Below are positions 25,798 to 40,234 of a DNA stretch of 64,000 nt, in pieces. Numbering within the stretch: the first letter of the stretch is position 1; the number at the start of each line of letters is the position of its first letter. Below the pieces are notes generated by a model, which ran no database searches, was not told the DNA's origin, and saw only the letters and a list, made by a program, of their open reading frames with translations. The translations under genes were made by a program, and so were the position numbers. Origin of the DNA: Paraspadella gotoi (Eukaryota > Animalia > Chaetognatha); contig CM119265.1 of NCBI GenBank assembly GCA_051294375.1, positions 5,386,355-5,450,354 of the forward strand. The letters are read 5' to 3'.

Positions 25798-25854
<57 letters not shown>

Positions 25855-26172
25855 AGAGGTTTTTCTTACTCTCTCGCTCTTGTCTCTTTTTCTTTTTTCG
25901 TCTTCGTCTTTTCTAAACACACACGAGAAATGTTTTAGACACACACACTCTCTCTCTCTCGATCTCCCGGAAAAAAAAAAATCTCGGTTCGAATTCTTGC
26001 GACGAGAGCGAGAGAGAAAGAGAAATATAGAGAGCGAGAGTGAGAGAAAAGTATGCAAGGCAGAGAGAAAGAGAAGTTTTTTTCTTTCGGTGTGAAGGGG
26101 TTCACGTTGATATTGATTATTTCGACGAAAGTCGGTGAAATGTTTATCTATACTAAAAAGAAAAGAGAGAGA

Positions 26173-26250
<78 letters not shown>

Positions 26251-26459
26251 AGAAATCGCGAAAAGTCACGAGAATAAAATAAGAGGAAATATATATCCGT
26301 GAACGAACTTTGATCGTGAACGAGCGAGGAATGGAGAAGAGAACTAAGAAAACTTTTTGTCTCTCTCTCTGCACTCGACGCAGAAAAGGGCGACTATGGA
26401 TTTTCTATTTTTGGCCTCAACTCTCTCGGTTCATGAAGTCGAGATAGAAGAATTTCATT

Positions 26460-26921
26460 TTCGATTGGACGGATTCGCGGGAAATGAGAATATCTCCCGC
26501 TCAAAATCATCGGCGATTGGTCCCGCGATGGACGACAGAGTCCTTTCGACGTCACGAATCAGACTCACGACTCATTCCCGACCCGCCATTGGCACAAAAA
26601 GAAAAAAAAAACGGAAAAGTACCCCCGTCTGAAAATAACCGACGGTAAATTGAACCTCACAAAGCGAGCAGCTGCGCGGGCTGAGAGGTTCCGCTTAAAG
26701 ACGCCATTTCATTGGTTGAAATATGTGCTATGGGCGACGCGATTGGTCGAGACGGAACAGGAAGTGAAACTCAACCGCCAACTGAGAAGCGCCGAGCCTC
26801 GTTCTCGATCCGGTATTGCGGGGGATGAACAGAAAGAAATAACGATGACGTGAAGAGGAGAGAGGATTCCCTTTCTCGATTCGCTAAAATATCCTTTGCG
26901 GGCGGAATGATTGGAGGCCAA

Positions 26922-26979
<58 letters not shown>

Positions 26980-27325
26980 CGTTGATTTCACACAATGAGC
27001 AACACAAAAAGAGACCCACCAATGGCGGATCGATGGGTTTGAAGAGAATTTGTTCCTTCTCGTTCAGAGAATATCGAGGCTCAGGTTTGCTCGTTCGAAA
27101 AAAGTTCAGGAGCCGAGGAAGATGAACGTCGATGATTGGTCGAGACTTATGAAGATCCGCCTATCATTGAACCGAGATTCCCCCCCCCCACCTTACCTCG
27201 GGTTCTCTCGTTTAAAGACACAGAGAGAAACAACCTGACGGCCTCACTACGAAAAAAACGGATCCTCCGAAAACTCGAGCTCTTATTGGTGCAGCCGTAG
27301 CGATACACCCTTCCTATTGGCTCGA
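26460..27325. promoter_or_regulatory. Putative bidirectional promoter between cyclin D and ZMYND11
   Basis: CCAAT/ATTGG at 26464, 26516, 26588, 26711, 26742, 26910, 26918, 27019, 27285, 27316. YY1-like cgccatt at ~26584, ~26702 and (reverse) ~27021. E2F-like ttcgcgggaaa at 26474. ETS-like caggaagtg at ~26758. Confidence 0.55.
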
Positions 27326-28195
27326 ACCCAACCGCGCCGCGTCTTCACCGCAGAAAAGAAGGGAATCCAGTCTGAACGGTGGAGAACACTGAATTTTTAG
27401 GATGCATCACAACATTACCATTGAAAGAGGGATGATTGAAAAAAAAAAGTAAAGATGGCTGCCGTCGAATCGAGACGTCGATTCCGAAGAACGAGAATGA
27501 AAGGGTCCGGGGTTACGGATGAGACTCTTCCGTGACATCATTTTCGTTTTTGAGCGTTTTCTCGCTTTGTTTTTGTTTTGAAAGAAGAAAAAACATTGAA
27601 GCACGCTCGCCGCACGACGATTCGTGGACTCGTTTTCGAATTTGGGGTTTTCAATGGGATTGACTCTCTCTCTATCTCTCTCTTGCAATGACGATGATGA
27701 CAATGATGACAATGAATGGTAAGCGATCGAAGCTGAAAGGAGTGTGAGGTTTTTAAGCAATAGGTGCATCGCTTTTAATTCAGTCGGAAAGGGGAATGTA
27801 TTAACAGAACACAAATTTTGATTTCCTACATGTATGACATAACCACAACAATCAACAATCTAACCAATCATAACAAGAATAAATGGATAGAAAGCAAACG
27901 AAAAAAGAATAGAAAGAGGAGAAAATTAATAAAAGACCACAGATTCTTTTTAAACTCTTTTTTTTTTTCCGCCACTTTCAGCCACAATTCTTTCTTCTAT
28001 CGACGCCTCTACTAACTACGAGAAGCGTTGAAACCTCATCGGCGTCATCCCCGGCGTCGACGTCAAAAATCTGGTCTCTCTCCCTTTAATTAAACCTTGA
28101 AACTAAAAAAAAGGAAATAAAGCGAACGTAATTTGAGCGGCGCTCCATGAGCACCGTCGACGATCCTCTCCAGCATCGGCCGCGTCGATGAGGAG

Positions 28196-28494
28196 ATGGT
28201 GAAGGTCGTCAAGCGTCGTCTCTCCTGTCCGGAGGTCAGCTCCTTGTCTCTTTTTTTACCTAGATTTATATATGTCATTAAAAATAATTAAAAATAATGA
28301 GTTATAACTGTTTTTTTTTTACCGTTTTACCTTATACTCCGTCAGGTGGTGCGGGGGCTCTGGCGAGGAGTCATCTACGTTCGCGGTCAAAAGCAAATCA
28401 CGTCCGTGGAAAGGCTGCAGCGATTCATGAAGCGGGAATCCAAACTATCGCCTCAAGTGAGAATTATTTAATTGATTGGGTAATTGATTGATTA

Positions 28495-28555
<61 letters not shown>

Positions 28556-31500
28556 GTAATTGATTGATTGAGTAATAAAATGCAAACCTCTTTGGAGATT
28601 GAAAGTAAAAAAAAATTAATTGCTTTTTATGAGAACTTCAATATATGGCTGATTTGTTGATTGACTGATTGGCTTATTGAGTAATCAATGACAAATCTTT
28701 TTGGAGACACAATGTAAAAACTTAATTGCTATTTGCAAGTAGTTTATTAGATAACTGATTGGTTGATTGTCTGAGAGATTAATTGAGTAACAAAATACAA
28801 GCGTTTTTAGAGATTATTATTTAAAAAATTAATTGCTATTTGCAATTAGTTTAATATAGTATGGCTAATAGGTTGAGAGATTGATTGATTGATTGATTTA
28901 CTATTTTGTGAAATTAATAATTAAAAGGTTAATTGCTATTCGCAAGTAGTTTAATAGATGTCCGATTGGTTTCATTGTTTGAGCGATCGGTTCTTCCGCT
29001 AACAGGAAACTGCCAGACAATTAGACTATGCGATTCGCGACAATCTCGTTAACATCATTAAACGCGTCGGACACAAAGGATCGAAAACGGGAGTCGAGCA
29101 AGAAAGTCATCGGTGAGTCCAAACGGTCATTAGCGTTGTCGTTGTTGTTGTAGCTGCATAAGACGCTTTTCAATTTTTGTTCAAATTTTGTTTGTTTTTT
29201 TTTTATTTAAATTTTGATCTGAATGCCTGCTTTACAAAATATACCGTGTATTGTTTGAATACATCTGATTTTTGAAACAGATTAAATCATAGTAATGCTT
29301 CTTATTACTCATATAAATACTCAAAGTAACATTAATGAAACTGAATTCATAGTAACATTAATTTTCACCCGCTTAGAATCCCCTACGAGGCGCCGATGCG
29401 AGATGGGCACGACTGGTATTGTTTCGCCTGTCACCAACCCGGTGAGGTGCAGCTCTGTCGAGGGTGTTGGCGAGTCGTCCATCCCAACTGCCTCGAGCCA
29501 CACCAGGTCGGCGCCGGGCCTCCGTTCCTCTGCTACGTCTGCGAGTCGCTCAAATCGGCCACCCTCCCGCCAAAGTGCAACAAGAACGAACTCAACAAGC
29601 TGCTGGGTGAGAAGGGGAAAGAGGGCGCCCTGTTCGGCAAATAATGTCCTTTCAGCGAACCTTCGTTTATCCGCCAATTTTAATATCTCGGCTCTGAGCT
29701 CAAAATAAGCTCCCTAACAACCCGCTCTCAGGTTTCGTGGTGAAGCGCTTAAAGGAAAAGTCGGACGAGCTGCAGAAGTTGGTCCTGGAGGGCGACGAGC
29801 GGTTCGAGTGGTTCGTCTATCACTCCATGGATCTCACGAACATGGAGTCCAAATGTTCCCAAAATACTTATTCAGGTAAACCAATTTTAACTTTCTGTAC
29901 ATCTGTTGATATTAGAAAATTTACAAATAACCACCAGAAACAAAACAAAATTAGCAACAAAAAAAACAGACAAAACTGTTTCTGTGAAATGAATAAATTC
30001 GAAAAACATTCAAACAATTAATTAATAAAAATAAGAAAAACATCTGAGTTGTTTGTTTTGGTCAATTTTAAAACTGTTGCGCGGTGAATTCGCGATGGTC
30101 ATAATCTTATCGTCATCGTATTCGTCGTCGTCGACACGTGACACGCTTAAAAAACACAATCTATTTTCAGGGATGGAAGATTTTCAAGCAGACGCGGAAA
30201 ACATCTTCCACAATTGCATGATTTGTTACGGAGAAAACCCAAAAATGACCGGTAAGACTCTTTTGGCGTAGAAAGTCGGTTCAAGTCTTTAGTTTTAAAA
30301 CCATTTTAATATCATCCAGACCTAGCCCACCAAATGATCAACGACTGCAAGTACGACATCAACGAGATTATGGCCTGTCGCACTTGCTTCAGAATGGCCA
30401 ATGAAAAACCGTCCGATTGGTTCGCCCAACCATGCAAACCTCCCCACGAGCTAGGTGAGTTTTTTTTCTTCTCAAAAATAGTATTAATACATTTATATCT
30501 TATCATGTTTACTTTTATTTCTCAGTCTGGGCCAAGCAGAAGGGTTTCCCCCATTGGCCAGCCAAAATCCTCAAGCGGTATGAGGTGGATGGCGAGCCAT
30601 GTTGCGACGTCCGCTTCTTCGGAAGGTGAGGCTTTTAGCTTTGGCATAACTGTCATTCAAACTATCATAACGTCAGTTACATTACATTTTCTAACATCTC
30701 TAGGATGCACCAAAGAGCGGTAATCGCGGAGTCGTTGATAAAACCCATCGACACCAACGTCCGGAACCTCACGATTAAGCGAACCTCCGGTTGGGTAAAG
30801 GTGAGTACTGAATAGCGATAATCTCCTGATGGTGACTCTCGTTTTTTAACTAAAAAAACTATGCAAACTCTGGGTTTTTGCGAGACGATCACTCATTTCC
30901 GTTTTCACCAGGCTGTGGAGGAACTTCAACGACACCAAGAGCTGCTGCGGATGCAGCAGCACGGCCACGGCGTCACGACGACGGCAGCAATAAATCTCAA
31001 GGACTTGCAGGTTCGGTTTTGAAAATGTTGAAGCTGATCCTTTGGTTTCTTAATTATTCCATTTTCTTTTTCTTTTCTCTTTCACCCTCGCCCCCACCTC
31101 CCTAGCTCGAAAAGGGCGGAAGCTCGAGCGGCTCGACATCGGGCGGTAGCTCCAGCGACTCCAGCGAATCTGGCAGCAGCTCTAGCAGTTCGTCGGAGTC
31201 GGAGGACAGCGACGACGATGACGACGCCGCCACCGACAAGGGGGAGGAGGAAGAGGAGCCGGGGGAAAAGGAGCCGTCGCGCCGGGCGCCGACGCTGACG
31301 ACGTCTCGTCGGCGTCGCGTCTCTCGGTTCCGTCACGAGTGCTCGGCGCCGGATCTCGGTCCTCTCACGTTTCCCCCGCCAATCAAAACTCTCGAACCCC
31401 GTCCGCCCTCACCCCGCCCACTCTTACCCCACCCGCCCCACTGACCCCGCCCGCCGCCGCTTCCAACAACACAACGCCCACAACCAAGCCCCACCGCCCA

Positions 31501-31584
31501 CGCCCTCTCCGTCAACAGTCATCAGAGTTCGCACAAGTCGTCGTCGTCTCCGCCGACGAAGGCGATGAAGAAGGAGAACGGATC

Positions 31585-31660
<76 letters not shown>

Positions 31661-33558
31661 GAGTGTGGATGAGAGGTCGGATTCCGAGTGGGTGTGTAGC
31701 GGGAGGGAGAGAAGGGTGTTAAAGAGTTATTGGATTCTGATTGGGGTGGAAAGAGAGAGAGAGGGGGAGGGGAAGAGGGGTCAGAGAAGGTTTTTTGAAA
31801 AAGGGGGTAAAAAGGGAGTTGATAGTCGGTGATTTGGATAAAATTTCATGGAAGATACCATTTTACAATCCCTTATTGTACGATGTACATTGACCTAATC
31901 TGCATCTTTGTTATAAAGTGTTTTATGGTCTAATGATCCTGAAATCAATCATCAGCGGAAGTAGAATTGACGAGCGGATTGTGAAAGTGAAAATCATCCT
32001 TCTTCATTGAAGACATTCGCCTTTAATGAATCTTGGAGCCTGTAAAGATTTTTTCCTTTTTCTCGACGAAAATTGTTTTCTTCTTTATTAGTATTTCAAG
32101 CAAAGTCCAATTAAAAACAGGTCGAATAGAAACTACAAACCTTGCCAGAATGTAAACCCTAAAGGGTACACAAAATTTTCAATTATAAGTAAAAGAGGGG
32201 GTTTCCCTCTGTGCCCGATAAAATCGATGCGGGACCCACGACTGCGGGCAAAGGCAAACGGACACCCGGTTATTTTCATTAACTTTTTTTCTGAACAAAC
32301 TTTTTCGAGTGTTTTTTTTTAAATAGTTTTTTTAACCGATGAGTCATATAATCCTTTTTTTTATGCTGGTATTCATATTTAAACATTCACACGTCGTTGC
32401 TCACTGATTTCATTAGCGTCGACGATGTGGAGATAATCACAATCGACAAACTTCGTCTCCCTTTTTGATTTTTCAGCCGCTGGCGGAAGCGCCAGTCGAG
32501 AAATATATATTCTAGTTAAGTCGGTTAGATTATTAGCTTTTGACAGGAAATAAGTAATGGGGAAACTGTGGGATGTGGTTTTCTAAATGTTATTGAAAAT
32601 CTTTCATTGAAACGGATTATGATTAAGCAGTTTAAAACTGTGAAAGACTGAAAGGCTGAAAGGCTATGTCTCTTGAAAGATCACCAAAGAGCGGTAATCG
32701 CGGAGTCGTTGATAAAACCCATCGACACCAACGTCCGGAACCTCACGATTAAGCGAACCTCCGGTTGGGTAAAGGTGAGTACTGAATAGCGATAATCTCC
32801 TGATGGTGACTCTCGTTTTTTAACTAAAAAAACTATGCAAACTCTGGGTTTTTGCGGACGATCACTCTTTCCGTTTTCACTAGGCTGTGGAGGAACTTCA
32901 ACGACACCAAGAGCTGCTGCGGATGCAGCAGCACGGCCACGGCGTCACGACGACGGCAGCAATAAATCTCAAGGACTTGCAGGTTCGGTTTTGAAAATGT
33001 TGAAGCTGATCCTTTGGTTTCTTAATTATTCCATTTTCTTTTTCTTTTCTCTTTCACCCTCGCCCCCACCTCCCTAGCTCGAAAAGGGCGGAAGCTCGAG
33101 CGGCTCGACATCGGGCGGTAGCTCCAGCGACTCCAGCGAATCTGGCAGCAGCTCTAGCAGTTCGTCGGAGTCGGAGGACAGCGACGACGATGACGACGCC
33201 GCCACCGACAAGGGGGAGGAGGAAGAGGAGCCGGGGGAAAAGGAGCCGTCGCGCCGGGCGCCGACGCTGACGACGTCTTCGTCGGCGTCGCGTCTCTCGG
33301 TTCCGTCACGAGTGCTCGGCGCCGGATCTCGGTCCTCTCACGTTTCCCCCGCCAATCAAAACTCTCGAACCCCGTCCGCCCTCACCCCGCCCACTCTTAC
33401 CCCACCCGCCCCACTGACCCCGCCCGCCGCCGCTTCCAACAACGCCCACAACCACAACCAAGCCCCACCGCCCACGCCCTCTCCGTCAACAGTCATCAGA
33501 GTTCGCACAAGTCGTCGTCGTCTCCGCCGACGAAGGCGATGAAGAAGGAGAACGGATC

Positions 33559-33636
<78 letters not shown>

Positions 33637-34730
33637 TGTGGATGAGAGGTCGGATTCCGAGTGGGGTGTAGCGGGAGGGAGAGAAGGGTGTTAAAGAGTT
33701 ATTGGATTCTGATTGGGGTGAAGAGAGAGAGAGGGGGAGGGGAAGAGGGGTCAGAGAAGGTTTTTTGAAAAGGGGGTAAAAAGGGAGTTGATAGTCGGTG
33801 ATTTGGAATAAAATTTCATGGAAGATACCATTTTAACAATCCCTTATTGTACGATGTACATTGCCCTAATCTGCATCTTTGTTATAAAGTGTTTTATGGT
33901 CTAAATGATCCTGAAATCAATCATCAGCGGAAGTAGAATTGACGAGCGGATTGTGAAAGTGAAAATCATCCTTCTTCATTGAAGACATTTAATGAATCTG
34001 GAGCCTGTAAAGATTTTTCCTTTTTTCGACGAAAATTGTTTTTTTCTTTATTAGTATTTTTTCAAGCAAAGTCCAATTAAAAACAGGTCGAATAGAAACT
34101 ACAAACCTTGCCAGAATGTAAACCCTAAAGGGTACACAAAATTTTCAATTATAAGTAAAAGAGGGGGTTTCCCTCTGTGCCCGATAAAATCGATGCGGGA
34201 CCCACGACTGCGGGCAAAGGCAAACGGACACCCGGTTATTTTCATTAACTTTTTTTCTGAACAAACTTTTTCGAGTGTTTTTTTAAATAGTTTTTTTAAC
34301 CGATGAGTCATATAATCCTTTTTTTTATGCTGGTATTCATATTTAAACATTCACACGTCGTTGCTCACTGATTTCATTAGCGTCGACGATGTGGAGATAA
34401 TCACAATCGACAAACTTCGTCTCCCTTTTTGATTTTTCAGCCGCTGGCGGAAGCGCCAGTCGAGAAATATATATTCTAGTTAAGTCGGTTAGATTATTAG
34501 CTTTTGACAGGAAATAAGTAATGGGGAAACTGTGGGATGTGGTTTTCTAAATGTTATTGAAAATCTTTCATTGAAACGGATTATGATTAAGCAGTTTAAA
34601 ACTGTGAAAGCTGAAAGGCTGAAAGGCTATGTCTCTTAACGGGAATTAAATGTGAAAACGTTCATTTTAAAAAAATTTCACCTAAGATTGTGACCACAAA
34701 AGATTTAAGTAGTAGTCCTTACAGGAATAT

Positions 34731-34794
<64 letters not shown>

Positions 34795-36297
34795 GAGACG
34801 NNNNNNNNNNNNNNNNNNNNNNNNNTGGAGACCAAGAAAAAATAGGCCAAAACTTTTAACAAAGGTTGTGAGGACAAGTTGGTGAGTTCAAGATGGTAAC
34901 AAAAAAATCTTAGTTAAAACGAAAATATTTTTGCCTTCAAATCACAACTCTCGCAAAGAAACGTAGTTCACTTTAACTAATATTTTAATTACACTTTTCG
35001 TCAACAGACTTAAATTCTGGCTCGAGTCCCTCGGGATCCAACTTAACCTTCAACGCTCGAACGCCACCAGGTTTGTTTCAACAATCTCCACGCGGGTGAT
35101 TGGTATAGATTGTTTGATTGGTCTGGATTGATTGATTAATTAGTATTGTTTGATGATTGATTGTTTAAAATTATATCAAAGTTGCAAAATTACTTGTTTA
35201 ACTATATTTTTTTAGATTTAAAGATAACTATTTATGCAAAAAATATTTTAACAAATAAAAAAACCATAAATTATGGTTTTTTATTTGTTAAAATATTTTT
35301 TGTGTCAAATATTTATATATAATATTATTTATCTGTTTGAGATGGGGATGTTAGTGTTGTCTTCTTAAAATAGAGGGTGCATCAACACAACACAATGTTA
35401 GATTACTTTCTGTTCCAGTTTTCTAATAGATATCGTATATCATTCCTGTTGAAAAATCATTCATGAGAAACTCATAATATCTACAAGGTCGATCAAAAAG
35501 GATAATTTTTGGGGGGATTATGGTTATATTGTATGATTGTTTTTATCATAGGATAAGACTACTTTGTAGAATCGTATGTTCTAATATGGATACATATATA
35601 ACATACATAAACACATACTGTGAAAAGTTTTATAGAGGCATCTTTATATTTCGAATGTAATTTTATAATATTTTTGAGTTTTTAAATGTCTTTCTACATA
35701 TTTATTTCAAGGATTTTGATATGATATATATTTGGTACTTATTGATAGTTAATTGATTGATTGATTGGTCTGATTTGTTTTGTATCACTTTACAACGCCA
35801 CTTGTTTCCTTCTTCCCCCGCTCCCGCAACACCCCTCCCCCACGAAGGCGGGTCCAGGGTGGAGCAGTGCAGTTCGACGACGAACATCGAGGCGACGCGC
35901 GCTCCCTCCGGCGACCAAGACTACGGCGTCGTCACGTCGACGCAGGAGTCCGTCGCCGCCGTCAAAATCCACGCCGCGACGCAGACCAGGTGAGTCGGGA
36001 AATGAAGAATGAAGATTTTACATCATTCTACATAATTCTACATTGTAAATGAAGTATGATGTAAAATTGGCTCGTGTGTGTATTTTTATAAAAATGATCG
36101 TTTGATTGCTCGACTGTAAATACGGTTACCAATTCAAAATAGCGAACGATGTTTGAGATGATTAAAATAAAGTATTTGAGGGCCAGTGGTCAAGTCGAAA
36201 ATGTAAATGTCATATATTTGTACTATCGACAATTTGGGGATGATTTTTATTTCTTTTTTCATATTCATCTCTGGGATTATATTATCTATCCATCACA

Positions 36298-36330
<33 letters not shown>

Positions 36331-37453
36331 CCTCTCCAACTCGCCCAAAATTCTCTCTTCTTCACTCTCTCTCTCAGCAAAAAACCGAACCCGGTGAAGT
36401 GGAGTCAGACAGAGATGGAGTTCCCGCCGAAATGCGACTGCGACGATAAATGGCGATCGAGAATGACGACGGAGAAGAGCAAGTGGGAGGAGGAAGGGAG
36501 GAAAGAAAAGAAGGAGACGGAGAGAAAGACGGAGGAAAGGGTGAAGAAGGAGGCGGAAGAGGATAAGGGGAAAGCGGTGGAGGCTGCGAGGACGGAAATC
36601 ACCAAAGGTAAAAGGGAACCAATTCCAACAGTTTATTTGCGCATTGCCGCACTCTGGGAGTTAACTAGACTGAGAGAGAGTCTTGATTGAAAGCTTGCAA
36701 GGTCCTGATATGTTATTATCTTGTAAAAGGGATGGAGGGGTCGATGCAATATAGCCTGCGCAAAGTCGGGGGCAAGATAGCTTATATATTGAATGAATGG
36801 ATATATATTGGTTATACCAATTTCGTAGTATAAATTCCTCGGTTGATCTAACGAATGGAAGGAGAGGATGATAGAATTTAAACGAAGGAATCGAACCGCA
36901 GGATCACTATTTTTGGGAGCATTCTAAACGTCAGAATATTTGGATGAAATTGGTACAACTAATGTTAGAATAAAACGGATGTCACATTTTTATCTTAAAA
37001 TTCGATGAGAGTTTATCGGTTATTGAAATTCTAAACCATTTGATTTGTTATCGATTGTTATTTGTAAACCATTTATTTTTTTTCTTCCAGAAATCGAAAA
37101 ATTAAAAAAAAGTTTGGACGATATAAAGGGTAACCACGATGAGGAAGTGAACAAAATGAAGACGAAGCAAAAAGAACTCGTCACTTACATCAAAAAGAAG
37201 CAGTGGTGTTACAACTGCGAAGAAGAGGTGAAGCATTTCTCAGAAATAATCATGTGGACGAAGATAATTTGAAAAATAGATATTCCAAAATTTTATTTTA
37301 AATCCTAAAAAAATTATCATTTCCCTCTCCCCCCTCTATCTCTCTCTCCAGGCGATGTATCACTGTTGTTGGAACACGGCTTATTGCTCCATAAAGTGTC
37401 AACAGGAACATTGGCATCGAGAGCACAAACGAAGTTGTCGACGAAAGCGTTAG
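28196..37453 (+). CDS. ZMYND11: Zinc finger MYND domain-containing protein 11 (BS69): winged helix, PHD, bromodomain, PWWP, coiled coil, MYND
   Basis: MVKVVKRR..., [43 protein letters not shown] (PHD), [20 protein letters not shown] (PWWP), [12 protein letters not shown]|[33 protein letters not shown] (MYND). About 16 GT-AG exons. Exons 9-11 appear twice because of the local duplication. Confidence 0.96.
28470..28980. repeat. (GATT)n microsatellite followed by degenerate ~105-bp tandem units in ZMYND11 intron 2
   Basis: Pure gatt run ~28490-28570. Recurring gagtaa...tttggaga...ttaattgctatttgcaa units follow. Confidence 0.75.
30708..34637. repeat. ~1.96-kb near-identical tandem duplication inside ZMYND11 (30708-32674 and 32682-34637)
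   Basis: Both copies run from caccaaagagcgg to ggctatgtctctt, joined by the 7-nt filler gaaagat. Differences are mostly small indels. Confidence 0.95.
36699..36826 (+). repeat. Dispersed ~130-bp intronic repeat ending in an ATTGGT-NNN-ACCAAT hairpin
   Basis: Aligns by eye with 52553-52410 (-) and partly with 44922-44986 (+): ttatcttgtaa..gatggagg..agcctg.caaagtc.ggggcaagatag..aatgaatggata..attggttgtaccaatttcat. Confidence 0.75.
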
Positions 37454-40234
37454 CGCAATCTTCTACCACGCCCCTTCCTTCCCCCGCCCACCCTTCCCCC
37501 GCCCCGACTCCGACTTCGTCCCCGGCTCCACATCAACCCGCCCCGAAACTACCCTCTCTCCCAGCGACCCCCCCTCTCTCTCCGACGATGCCATCTATTT
37601 TTTTCAATCCATCACATCACACCAAAAAAAACAAAAACAAAAACAAAAGACTCCGACCTCAAATATTCAGGTCACAGTGATAATTTTTTTCCCCTGGTCT
37701 TCATACGTTTTCTTCTGCCCTCATCAAAGTGGTTGTTCGTTCCTCCTCTGCTTCCCCTCCCATTTCCCTCTTTTTTTTAAAGTGAAGTTTATTGGAAAAA
37801 AAAATATTGTCAGTTGTTAATGGTTTAATAACAAAAAAATATTTTCACGGGAGAAATATTAAGGCGAAAGGAAAATCCCTCTTTTAAAATTACGTACGTG
37901 AAAGAACTAAATTTTTAAAAAATCGAATTCTTTTGTAACAATTATTTGTCATAAAAAAATAAATATTAAAACGAAATGTGATAACTGCGAGAAACCTAGC
38001 CGTAGTCGACCCGCCGAATTTTACAGATACGAAAAAATACATCAGTTGTAGCAATTTGTAAAATACAGAAATATCATACATCGATATATTCATCAACCCG
38101 TAGTCTTTTTTGTATACATCCGTTAGGACTTTGAATATTTCTAAAAATATATAGTTATATACTGTTTCGCTTCGGCTGTTTATTATCGATATGGATGCTC
38201 GCATCATTTTTCATTTTACTTAAAAAAGAAAATCTATTTTATAAAAAAATGTTTAAAACCAATTTTCTAGTAAAAATCCATCACACCTACACGCCATTTT
38301 TTTAAATTAAAAAAAAAGTTCTCCAGAAATTTCTATTTTTATAAAATAAAGCAAAATATGAAAAGTTAATGTATTTTGTAACGATTTTGTTCAGTGAAAT
38401 GCATCTCCCAACTCATATCGTACTCGGGTGCCATCTGAGATTTAGAAAAGAAATAAGTCTTTCTGAGCTGTATTTCATGTATATTATAAATACACTGACT
38501 TTTAACTTAAAGGAGAATTTGTATACCCGTATTGTAACCTTAAAGGAATCATAAAATGGACTTCTCGTATATTTCTTACTTTCCAAAGGAAGTCCAATTA
38601 CTTTTTGTTGTTGTTGTGTTTCTCATTTGTGTTGCCTGTTTTTTGTTCAAAGAAACGATCGACCTAAATACTCCCCGATGTATTGATGAGTAAGCATTTT
38701 ACCACCTCTTTTCTTTTCTTCTCTTTTTTTTTTCTCAACGTTCTCTCTTTTTTATCTTCTTTTTTTCTTTCCTTTTGATATTCCTCTCTTGGCAAAACCA
38801 TCTTAGCTCTTCATTCTCTTTCAATTTTGCAGTCCCCTTTTCCCTTTCTTCTTTACTCGTTTAAAAATACAACATTAAGCAAAATATTGAAAACAATATA
38901 CTTAGTCATAAAAATTTTACTGAATTTCATAAAATTACTCTTTACATAAAACAATGTTGGAAAGATGCTTACGTCATCAAAATAGTCTTCGTTAAAACGA
39001 ACTGCCCTTAAAAAAAAATCATCGTGTTTACTGGATAAAAAATAAAATATTTCATTCATATCTCTTAATTTGTTATGAAATTGCAAAACCTCCTCTCATT
39101 TGTCAGCTTATGAAAACCATTGCCAATATATTTATAAAAACTATTGAGTTTTACTTTTCTTTTATTACGTTCGTCGATCCACAAGTTTCGTTTTCGTGTT
39201 ATGGTAATTAATCTCGACTCTGTGTAAGATAATCCCTGGCATATCTCTTACACTTTTTTTAATCTTCTCTGATGTGTTAATTATGAGGACCATGACGACG
39301 ACGACGACGACGAAAACGACGACGATATCTCAGATCAGACAAGGGAATGATAATTGCCATTAATGCCATTTCGCTGGTAAAATACTCTTTTGAGACCCAG
39401 CTAACTAGAACTAGACCACCAAAGCGTCTTATAAGGTCGCGTCAACTCGCAACTAATAAAAGTAGTCAGGGAAATTTCTCGGCTTCTTCGCGACTCCACG
39501 ACCGGCCCAATGGCCCATGGCTACGGCCCATGGAATAGTTTTCATTCTCCGCTTCCATTCGGCGCCATGATGAAAACTATGAAACTGGAGATATTTTTTT
39601 TTTGTCTCAGGGTTCCAACGGACTTTTTTCTTTCCCTTTTCCCCGTTCTTTTTTCAAAATTCCGATCTCATCTTCGAGTCAACGACCGGAATTCGCGTCA
39701 ACAACACGAAAATCTGTCTCGCTCTCTATCTTTTTAAAGCTTTCATCGTACATCTCCCGAAATAATTATTACCGACGTTTACTCTCGAATGAAACGAAGT
39801 CACGCCTCCCTCGAATCGTAGCGTTTATCGGCTAATGGATAAATAATAAGAATAAAAAACGAATAATTGTTTTTACGTATTCAACCACATTTTTAACTTG
39901 AACCTGATTCTGACGTATAAAATGACTCGTGACACAATGGCGGCTGATGAACGGTTGGTGGATTTTAGTCCACCATACTTCATTATTTACTAATGACATA
40001 ATTGCTACTGTTTTTTATTTATTAGGTTTCAAGTATGTATTTCTATAGATTTGTCTGTGAATTTTTTGTAACTTATCTTCCAACATAATAAATATAACTG
40101 TGACTACATAGAAACTCAAACGCCATCGATTGAAAATAAATTTTCTATTGATTCTTGACATTAAAAATGCAAAATTTAAATATGAAATAAAACTCAATTT
40201 CCAATTTTTTTACCACTGGATCACTGAAGCAGAA

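Noticed and set aside
24913-26374. Many ORFs with (RE)n or (LS)n runs
   Set aside because: Products of (GA)n microsatellites upstream of cyclin D.
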